The position numbers and the translations under genes were made by a program. The notes below the pieces were generated by a model. That model saw only the letters and a program-made list of their open reading frames with translations. It was not told the origin of the DNA and searched no databases. Of a DNA stretch of 64,000 nucleotides, positions 1-9,117 are shown in pieces; positions within the stretch are counted from its first letter, which is position 1; every line of letters begins with the position of its first letter. The stretch lies in contig JBHGNT010000007.1 in NCBI GenBank assembly GCA_043228905.1, positions 18,352,001-18,416,000 of the forward strand, in the 5' to 3' direction. This DNA comes from Azolla caroliniana (lineage: Eukaryota; Plantae; Polypodiophyta).

Positions 1-1210
1 ACTTGAGTTAGTGGTTTTCGTGGCTGAATCTGATTTGAGGAGGATGTGCAAAGCAGGGGAAATGGCATCCACATTGACCATGAGTCTATTGACCATGTGG
101 ATACGATGCCCCAAGATGTGTTTGAGTGCTTTCACATCGTCAATCTACTTTGGGTGCAACTTCATGCGCAAAGTTATAAGTTGGAGGACATCCTTGTACA
201 TTTTCTTGAACGCGATTTCATCTTCATATCCACATTGCAATCAGGGCATTAGGTGTTGTGGATGAAGATGCAACATAGTCCACAAGGTGTCCCATGTACT
301 TTTTGTGATCCACTTAATAATGATGCAACATGCACTTTGAAGAATCTGGAAGAGATGACCATATGGACGATATGTGGCGGCAATGACGACCGTTGTATCG
401 TAATGGAAGGTTGACATGACATCTTGCACATCCCAACCTAACCTGATGGGTGGGATTGTGCCTATTATGTGATGCAATCCATTAGGATGTTAGTGGAGGA
501 GTTCATCCAAGGCTTCACCATCACACAATTTTGGAAGTATGAGCTCATGTGTGGATTGCATGTCACTTTTATAAGCAATGGGTGGGTTCTTATAGTGACA
601 CATTTTGTACAGGGTAAAGAGAACTAGTTCGAACACGATGACATAACTCTCCTTCGGACAAACATGGTGAAATGGGCTCAAAGGATTTTTGGATTTCTAA
701 TTTCATAGCCATGGCACATTTTGTATATGACTCTATAATTTTGTATATGAAACAACCATTTTGTGTATGACTCTACAATTTTGTATATGAAACAAACATT
801 CTTAAAAGTTTAACAGTTTGGGATAGATTGTAACTAACCTCAATCTTGATTAGTGCTTCTCATTCAAAATGTTGTGAGTTCAAACATTGTGATTTATGCT
901 TGGTCATTGAGCATCCCTTTAATACCCAATGATTCTATGATTGATATGCAAGCCTTCCTTTAGTACCCAATGATTCTGTGATTGATATACCATTTGATGT
1001 GTTACGGTTGTATTCACTTATTTTTCGGGACTCCTGATTTCTAATGTAGGTAGAATGGTGACTTGTTTGCTCATCATGGATGTGGGCGATCCTTGAGAGT
1101 TCTTGTTTCCAAAATATTCCAAAGCATCTAGAACATACACACATGCAACACTTCGCACCATCAAATACCACATAGTACCGCTATTGTGAATGTTGGTCTT
1201 AATGTTTAGA

Positions 1211-1255
<45 letters not shown>

Positions 1256-1716
1256 CTACAAGCCCAAGGATAGAGCAAACTTATGAAATGTTGGTTAAAT
1301 AGGTAGGGTGAGGAGGAATACAGTAATATACTATACTACATAGTAATATACATACTATGTCCTCCATTTTGATGTTTGTTCCCCAACATTGACCAAGAAG
1401 CAAAAAGTATAGAACCAAGATTTGAACTCTACACCTATAACACCTAAGAAACGTCTTTAATCACTAAGCCATCATTTATCATCAAAATTTACATTAGTTT
1501 TCTACTTTATTAGTGTTTCATTGTGAGGACAGTTAAGCACTTCATGATAGAGTTGGGCGCTTTGTGATAGAGGTCGTGGTCAAAGTAGGATGCTCTTTTA
1601 TTAGTGCACTCTTTTATATCCAAATCGAATGTGCCCTCAGTTGAGCGACCTGCACCATCCGTGGCCATGATTCCCTCGCCTAGCCTACTTATGATTTTGG
1701 CGCAATAGACACAAGC
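1..1716 (+). mobile_element. Right part of Mutator-like (MULE) element Z: decayed Ulp1-like protease segment and right TIR
   Basis: ~1590-1716 matches the right TIR of elements A and C (…gattccctcgcc…atgattttgg…tagacacaagc). Bases ~200-510 translate, with stops, to SGH*VLWMKM…FCDPL…LHIPT*PDGWDCAYYVM, homologous to 52140-52420. Confidence 0.7.
1213..1252. repeat. (TA)n microsatellite
   Basis: Pure TA run seen directly. Confidence 0.95.
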
Positions 1717-1721
1717 CATAC

Positions 1722-1770
<49 letters not shown>

Positions 1771-1772
1771 TA
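1717..1772. repeat. (CATACA)n microsatellite separating MULE Z and MULE A
   Basis: Hexamer run seen directly between the two TIRs. Confidence 0.95.
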
Positions 1773-4700
1773 CGACGTGTCTATTTGCACTAAAATCATA
1801 AATAGGCTTGGCGAGGGAATCACGACCACGTACGGTGCAGGTCGTTTAGTTGAGGGCGCGCGTGATCTGCACCATCCGATTTGGATAGAAAAAGGTGCGA
1901 ATAAAAAAATTGTCAGTAGTTGCCCAACTCTGACAGCTCGATCACCCAACTATTACAGATCAATGGCCCCACTATCACTAGCTTGGTTGCCCAACCAAAT
2001 GTGGTCGCCCAACTATCACTAGCTCGGTCGCCCAACCAAGTCGTATAAAACCTTGAAACCTGTCATTTTCTCACATTTTTAAATGAGATTGTCAGGGTTT
2101 TGTGGAGGGAAAAAGGGTTTCATCCAGACATCCATCGATGTGCACTCAGAACACCATTTTCGTCGCCACCTACTTACTTCATAGGTTGGTATTTTATTTG
2201 TTTTTACTTTTTCTGCAATTTTTTTATACTATAAATAATATATTTCATGAAAATGGTTTCGAAACGGGACAAATGCTTTTTTATGGTATGGAGAATGTTT
2301 ATTGTCTCAATCCTAATTTTTTTAATACCCAAAGTCACCTCTACCACATAGTTGGGCACACAAGCCTTCATATGTATGTATGATATGTTCCACTAAAATT
2401 GATTTTTGATTATTGCTTTTGTTTGATTGTGCAGATGGTTGCCAGGTTCAAGTACAAAGAGTGGTTTGATTACGATAAGGGGGACATATATCCAAGTGAA
2501 GGGAGGTATGTCACGAATACTTTTTTATTGCTAGTGGTCATGATTAGTGATGCACATATGATAACCGATGCTTTGTTTCTAGGGTTTTCATGAGAAGACA
2601 AAGCAGAAGTTGTAGATCCGACAATTTTGAGGGTGGAGAGAGGTTGGACCAACCAACGGTAGTTTCTCATCCTCGGATTGACCCCATATAGGTAGGGCAT
2701 CATTCGAGGAAGATGCTCCTCCAAATAGTATGTGGATGTAGTTCATTGTATTCCATTTATGGTTTTTAAAATATAGCCCAACAAATCTAATGCAATCTCT
2801 CAACAACAAATTGTGAGTCCCCAAACTTGTTGTTTAAGTATGGGTGAGATTCACAAGGGAACAAGGCTCGTGCATGTATCGTGGTTGAGTCTTGTCGGCG
2901 CGAGCAAAGATGGTATCGAAAGAAATCTGACATGGAAACACACTTATGAAAGGCACATGGCATTGACATAGTGCTGCAACGATTGATGAGGATAGAGGAG
3001 GACGGTACTCCAGGGGCATGCTTCAACAACTATGAGTGCCAAGGTGGCAAAAGTGTTTCATGGACCCCGAAATAAAGTCCTTGAAATCAATAATCACACA
3101 TCCAAAAGCTGAAGATTAGGGCCATTTCAAAGTTCAACTCCACTACTGTTGAACTCCGACCCAACACTGAGGCAGAGTTCGTGGACAGATTTATTGAGCA
3201 AGAGATGTCCATCTGCGACTTGAAAAAGGAAGAACGGATGGAGATGCTGAAGAAGAAGATTGCATCTGGATTTGATTCTTATTTAAGTATGAACCTTTCA
3301 TAGTTTTTTAGTGCGTGACATAAAATCATTTTGTTTAGGTCATAACATGTATCTATTCAATGTATCATAGTATAAAAAAGTTGGTATATCCATTGGAATA
3401 CAATTTTTTATTCATTTTATACATTGGTATATAGTTTAGGAACCCATTCGAACACAAATTTTGATTCATTGGAATATAGTTTTTGATTCATTGTATACAT
3501 TGGTATATAGTTTAGGAACCATTGGAATACAATTTTTGATGCATCATATAAATTTTTGATCCATTGGAATACAATTTTTTATTAGTAATAAGATGTTTAG
3601 GTAGCCCAACTTAATAATGAGGTTACCCAACTCAGATGTTTCGGTTGCCCAACTTATTATTCAATCTTGTATTGTTGCAAATGGGCAATGGTCACAAACA
3701 CATGGTCAACTTTTGTTGTGTTAGTTCCACGCCAAAAAATCATGAGTGGACAACTTGTTGCCAAAAGTAATTGCAACTGAGAGAAACCATCGTTATCACC
3801 GGATGTGCCAACTCATGCAATGCATTATTGAATCCACATTCAATGTGATGTGTGAGGAGTTAAGGTAGAATATGCAAACAAGCCAGATTTTTGGCAATAT
3901 ATAGGAGGATGGTGTGGCTTGACATGTGTGGAGGAAATTGTGGCCCAAGTTTGGTAGAATGTTCAACTATACATGTTGACACTACCAATATTGTGGACAG
4001 ACATTGTCAGTTTATCAAATGTACTGCCTTGAGAGGGAACAATGAAACTGGCACTTGCATCGGAGGGGTTGTCATTGAATGGTACAAGAAATTACAAGAA
4101 ATATGTGAGAGTGGTAGATTTGCACCCCATGCAAATTGTTGGGATCAAAGGTCAGGACTTAAAGAGGCCAAGAGGATACTCAAAAGATATGAAACTAATA
4201 TTGTGACAATGCATATTGTGGACGAGGCCCGATATTGGTTTAAAATATTGAGCTTGATGATTCTCACTCTATGTTATAATGTATCGCTCCAATGTTCATA
4301 TTGTGATTGCCAAGACCTTGCGAGTAAATGTAAGCATATACTCGGCATCCGAATTATTATTGAGAGGCACATGCCACATCTATGTGGGTCGTTGATTGTT
4401 ATAGACCACGCGGCCCATATGCAAATGGACCATTTCATAGAAATAGAAGTGGAGACAAAGGTAGAACCATACATGGAGACAAAGACTAAAGCATGAGAGA
4501 TGGAGGAATGGGAGTCCAAATTACAAATGACCAAGGCAATTATTCAATGTCTCAGGCAATGCATTCACTAGAAGATTGGACTAAGAAGGTTTATCGTGTT
4601 GGTGCACGGAAATCAACCAATGAAGAAGACGATGGATCCATAAGGCAGAAGCAAGCAATAGGTGCTCAAGAGAGGAGCATTAGTCGACATCTCACAAGAT

Positions 4701-5448
4701 CTTATTGGCATCGCCTGAAACACTTCCAAAACCCACATTGGAAAAAGGCAAAGAGGTGCAAGTAGGGCTAGGAGACGGTTGCCAATATGCGTGACAAACA
4801 AGGTTCGATGCTTGCTTTGCGATGCCTTGACCTTTAGATCAAGAGAATCGAATGTTGATTGCTATAAGAATTGTGGCCGCATCTTGCCATCATCCCCACA
4901 TGAGCCATAATCATGGCTTTAGTTTTCATCATGGTTGTTTGAGAACTTTGGTTTTGTCAATTTCTTATGTTTGGAACGTTTTGTGTTGGGAAAATTGTTA
5001 ACCAAGTCTTAATTTTGTGTATTTTTTGAAGTGTTAAGTATTAAGCTGATTTTTTGTTTTAAGGTCTAACTTTTAACTCTAGTGTAATTCATTGAGCTTG
5101 GAAGTTTTAATGGTTTAGTTTGTGGCAATTTGATTTGTTATTTTAAGTTTTAAGTTTCAAGTTCAGAATGATAATTTAGATGATTGCGATGGAAATGCCA
5201 CATTTGGTTGGGTGACCGAGCAGGTGATAGTTGGGCGATTGATCTGTGATAGTTGGGTGACTCAATAGTAGTTGGGTGACCGAGCTATCAGAGTTGAGCA
5301 TCTACTAACAACATTTTTATTCGCGCTTTTTTTAAATCCAAATCAGATGGTGCAGATCGCACGTGCCCTCAGCTGAGCGACATGCATCGTTCGTGGCCGT
5401 GATTCCCTCGCCAACCCTATTTATGATTTTGGTGTAGATAGACATGAC
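1773..5448 (+). mobile_element. Mutator-like element A, internally deleted, long TIRs, 9-bp TSD ATACACATA
   Basis: Left end cgacgtgtctatttgcactaaaatcataaataggcttggcgagggaatc… is the inverse complement of the right end …gattccctcgccaaccctatttatgattttggtgtagatagacatgac. Subterminal (cccaac/gttggg) repeats. TSD at 1764-1772 and 5449-5457. Confidence 0.85.
3680..4900 (+). pseudogene. MULE transposase C-terminal remnant (DDE third-residue region and SWIM zinc finger)
   Basis: VDTTNIVDRH and CSYCDCQDLASKCKHILG motifs in ORF 3891-4496, with frameshifts and deletions relative to the copy at 53451-55396. Confidence 0.8.
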
Positions 5449-5579
5449 ATACACATACACATACCGATGTTTCTATTTTCTACCAAATAATAATTAGGCT
5501 TGGTTAGGAAATCGCGGTCACGGATGGTGTAGGACACGTTTTGAATGGCGTGTGCGATTTGCACTGTTCAATCTCTATC

Positions 5580-5998
5580 TGTTATTCTCTAGCCGGACAA
5601 GGCCTAACACAAGGTGTCACGGAGACACTTCACCAAAGGGTGATTACAGCATAGGATTAAGATTCAACAATTACACCGACTTACATAGGCTACACGATTA
5701 GAATGCTTTGGTGAATTACACGCGCAAGTTATAACAGTAATTATAGAACGGAAATCAAGACAGAAGTATAAACATCATAAGCTCTATTAATTATCCGCTG
5801 TCATTACAATGGGGTCCGGGCCTTTAAATAGGTTTCCGGCCCGTAGTACAAAACGGTGCCTCTCGCACCTATTCGGGATCCGTCCGGATCTGGAACGGCA
5901 TACCGTTTCCAGTCCGTCCGTCCACACTATGCTCATTTACAACCATATCTAATTAATTCCTTCACTCCGTATTTTGGACTCCTTGCCGGCCGGTAACA
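5580..5998 (-). repeat. Complete 419-bp LTR (downstream LTR relative to the ORFs)
   Basis: Starts tgttattc and ends ggtaaca. 5754-5998 is identical by eye to 14728-14972. Confidence 0.95.
5821..5832. promoter_or_regulatory. LTR TATA-like box, quasi-palindromic (CCTATTTAAAGG on -, CCTTTAAATAGG on +); second copy at 14795-14806
   Basis: The position is homologous to cctataaaagg in the solo LTR (~57026-57036) and is followed by a TGTAAT motif in both. Confidence 0.55.
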
Positions 5999-6000
5999 CA

Positions 6001-6038
6001 TGGCACGCCCGTGGGACAGTACCTTGTACGTCGAACCC
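6001..6038 (+). other. tRNA-Arg primer-binding-site-like sequence, antisense to the ORFs, at the expected PPT position
   Basis: TGGCACGCCCGTGGGAC (6001-6017) starts after a 2-nt spacer following the LTR-terminal CA, then a 13-nt spacer, then TCGAACCC (6031-6038). It is complementary to the recalled plant tRNA-Arg(UCU) 3' end GGGTTCGAGTCCCACCGGGCGTGCCA. Confidence 0.85.
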
Positions 6039-6050
6039 TTCTCGGCCCCT

Positions 6051-8921
6051 TCATTGTTCACCCAAATTGTCCAAAATACTTTGTTCAAGAATTTCCACTT
6101 GTTCTTCCGGTTGTGGTTGCTGCGGCTGTGCTTGCTGCTGCTGCTGTGGTTGCGGTTGGGACTGAGGCTGCTCCGGCTGCTCTGCTTGCTGCTGCTGCTC
6201 CGTTTGTTTCGCTGACTCTGGCTGCTCCGTTTGTCTCTCTGGCTCCGGCATCTCAGTTTGACTGCTTCCGGTCCGGTCTCCTTCCAGTAACGGTTCCTCA
6301 TCACTGAGGTTGACCGTAACTGGTTCTCGTTCTTTCTCTCCCCGGATCCGGGACCTCTCGTAGCTTTCAAACTGGATCTGCGCCTCCAGCCTGTCGTCGT
6401 CCAGCTGAGCTACAAGTTGCCGGACTTGCTCTAGTTGGTCCTCTGCCAAGGCTTGAAAGTCTTCGGCCAGCTCATCTCTTATGCCGGTGAAATCTTCAGA
6501 ATTCAGCATATAGCAATCATCTCCCTCCTTCCGCCGGTTCTCTACGTCGGCCCGGAGCAATTGGAGTTCCGCCGCGTTCGTGGCCCACTTGGTCCACCAT
6601 TTGACGGAACCGTTGTCAACCAAACTCTTGGTCTGGTTCAACCAGGCCCGCATTATATCCTGGATGCGACTTGCTCCCATTTGTGCTCTGCTTTCCACCA
6701 CTTGTCGCTCCTCCTTCAACTGCTTGATGAGATTTGTCGTATCCTCCGCCTGCTCTCTGTAGCGCATCAGCTGCCCTTGATATGTCGTTTGCAGCCTCTG
6801 CAGTACCTCCGCCGCTCTTTCTTTTTCCGCCTGCTGTTGCCTGAGGAGCTCTGTACGAACCTTCTCCGCCTCTTCCAACCGTCTTCTGGTTTCCGCTTGT
6901 TCCTTGGCGAATGCGGTTGCGGTCTGATCAACTGCTTGCCGGAGCTCATCCGTCCGTTCCTTGTGCTCCGTTTGCAACCGTTTATACTCCCGGTGCAATT
7001 GCTCAAATTCCTCCGTTTTTTGTTTGAGCTTGCCGTTGATCTGGCGATGGTTCCGGTCCTCCCGGTCCTTTACCTGCCGGAGTTCCTCTTTCAGGCGCTC
7101 TACTTCTGTTTCGGCGTTTCTCCGGAGTCTCTCCTTCTCTTGCAGCATTTTCTCCTTCTCCTCCTTGAGCCGGTCGTACGCTTGGTGGCCTTTTCGTAAG
7201 CTCTCCTCGGCCAAGCGTAGCTTCTCAGCAGTCTTTTTGAGTTCTGCCTCCGCTGCCGTTTTCAACTCTCTTTCGCGGCTCCTCAGCGCTTCTTGGGCAG
7301 CTAGCTCATCCTTTAAGTCCGCAAGCTCTTGGGCTCGTGCCGCATTTCTCTCCGGAACGGTTTCCGTTGCCGGGGTCTGATTGCTATGTACAGGTTGATC
7401 TGCCGCTTTATTCTGTACATTGGCCGGAGTCACCGGTGCTTGGACTTGTGTTGTCACAGCTACTTGAGCCATATCCCTTGTGACCCTGTCCAAGTCTTGT
7501 TCAAGGCTCCGGATTCTGGACCGGGCCGTCTCTAGATCTACGGTTGTGACGAGCAACCGTTCCTGGTGCGCTCTCTCTTCCGCCTCTATATACTCGACCA
7601 CTCCGGCGATTTGCTCACCTACCCACCGTAGCCACATGCTACTGGTGCCTTGTTGCTGTACTGGTCGGGTCGGCTCATTCACTGTGGAATTGTCTGGCCT
7701 GAGTGCCTGCATATGCCGTTCTGGTTCTACTCCTTGGCCGCCGTGTGTTCTGGCTGGGCTCGCCGGCTGTTGAGTTCCGGTTCTCGCCGTCTCCGGAGCC
7801 GTTGGAATGACTTCTTCTATAGAAGTCGACAAGACCGGTTCCCTACGCACCGGTTCCGGTTCCTCCCTTGTGGTTTGCTCAGGTTGAGTTGGGGGCGTTT
7901 CTGCCTCTCGCGGGTACGACCGCTCCCCTCCTGTCTCGGCGGTCCTACTTCTTGACCGTCGTTGGAGGTGCTCTTCTGGCTCCTCCGTTTCCTCTTCCTG
8001 TGTCACGGCATGTTTCTGTGCCGTCAAGGGTTCCGGTTCCTTCTGTCCCGGTCTCCGTATGGTTATCTTGACGGGTGGGACTGGTGACACCTCCTCCGGT
8101 TCTGGGACCCGTTTCTTCCCTTTCGTCGCCTTTGACGCCAGCAGCTGCTGTCGTTTGGACGCCGGCTTCGAGGTGCTTCCTTCCGATACTCTTGGCCGCT
8201 TCTTTGGCTGGACGGTCTCGACCGGCGGCACGAGCAATGTTATCCATTGAGCTACGGCGTGCCACAGCTTCCGGCCCTCCTTGCCGTCCTTTCCTCGTAC
8301 CATGTCGATTGCCGTGCACAAACCGTCTGCAATCAACACCGGCCAGTCCACCTTGATCCCTTCATAGGTGGCTATGATCATCCCTGCCCGATTTTTTGGC
8401 ATGACAGGGGGTCGGGGGTACACGTGACCGTACTCATGGAGCACTCGAGCTATCTCCCTGAATAGCGGATCTTTGCCGCCCTGCGTCCGATAGCCTTTGC
8501 CGGCAACAGAGTACTCACCGAAATATCGGATGAGTTGCTCCGAGGTTGGGTTATCGATCTGAAAGATTCCTCCCTCCGGAAGGCCTGTTAGCGCGCGGAT
8601 CGCTTCCTCGGTGATGACCTCTGTGGCGAGCTCCTTGATGACCCGGTCGGCCTCTCTGTGCGGCGGTGCCTCCATGATGGCCAAGAACCCCTCCAGTCCG
8701 TGTTGCCTGAACCATTTCCTGGCCGCTTCCGACAGCGTTTGTGGTTCCATGTCTGCTTCAAGGTCGAGGGAAGATGGCGAAGTAGAGTGGTGATGAGAGT
8801 GAGAGCGAGAGAGAGAGCGTTCTGAGCGCGGGGGTTCTCTGTGTGCAGGTTCGCGTTTGCTCAGCTTCCACTGCCTTGGTGCTTCTGTGCTTCTTGGCTC
8901 GCGAAAAAAGAAGGTCTCCAT
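6051..8921 (-). CDS. Retrotransposon extra ORF downstream of pol: globular N-terminal region, long coiled coil, Q/E/P-rich tail
   Basis: Open frame 6051-9050; first ATGs at 8921 and 8750. Long E/K/R/Q heptad-rich stretch. No obvious transmembrane segment. Confidence 0.8.
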   Translation of the reverse strand: METFFFREPRSTEAPRQWKLSKREPAHREPPRSERSLSRSHSHHHSTSPSSLDLEADMEPQTLSEAARKWFRQHGLEGFLAIMEAPPHREADRVIKELATEVITEEAIRALTGLPEGGIFQIDNPTSEQLIRYFGEYSVAGKGYRTQGGKDPLFREIARVLHEYGHVYPRPPVMPKNRAGMIIATYEGIKVDWPVLIADGLCTAIDMVRGKDGKEGRKLWHAVAQWITLLVPPVETVQPKKRPRVSEGSTSKPASKRQQLLASKATKGKKRVPEPEEVSPVPPVKITIRRPGQKEPEPLTAQKHAVTQEEETEEPEEHLQRRSRSRTAETGGERSYPREAETPPTQPEQTTREEPEPVRREPVLSTSIEEVIPTAPETARTGTQQPASPARTHGGQGVEPERHMQALRPDNSTVNEPTRPVQQQGTSSMWLRWVGEQIAGVVEYIEAEERAHQERLLVTTVDLETARSRIRSLEQDLDRVTRDMAQVAVTTQVQAPVTPANVQNKAADQPVHSNQTPATETVPERNAARAQELADLKDELAAQEALRSRERELKTAAEAELKKTAEKLRLAEESLRKGHQAYDRLKEEKEKMLQEKERLRRNAETEVERLKEELRQVKDREDRNHRQINGKLKQKTEEFEQLHREYKRLQTEHKERTDELRQAVDQTATAFAKEQAETRRRLEEAEKVRTELLRQQQAEKERAAEVLQRLQTTYQGQLMRYREQAEDTTNLIKQLKEERQVVESRAQMGASRIQDIMRAWLNQTKSLVDNGSVKWWTKWATNAAELQLLRADVENRRKEGDDCYMLNSEDFTGIRDELAEDFQALAEDQLEQVRQLVAQLDDDRLEAQIQFESYERSRIRGEKEREPVTVNLSDEEPLLEGDRTGSSQTEMPEPERQTEQPESAKQTEQQQQAEQPEQPQSQPQPQQQQQAQPQQPQPEEQVEILEQSILDNLGEQ

Positions 8922-9117
8922 GCGCTCTTCTTTTTCTCTGTGCGTCTTGGCGCCTTTTTTCGAGCATGCGCACGTCGTGTACCGATTTAGTATTAAGTAC
9001 GTGGCGGCTCTTAAATTCCCACTACGTACCTTTTCGCTCCTTGCTTTCACACCCGTTCATACCTCGATTTTTAATGATTTTTTTTTTTTAAAAAAATTTT
9101 AATGACGGTGTGTGACC

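Noticed and set aside
6034-6052. Purine-rich GAAGGGGCCGAGAAGGG on the - strand as the PPT
   Set aside because: Interrupted by pyrimidines and ~35-50 nt from the LTR edge; a PPT must abut the LTR to define its end.
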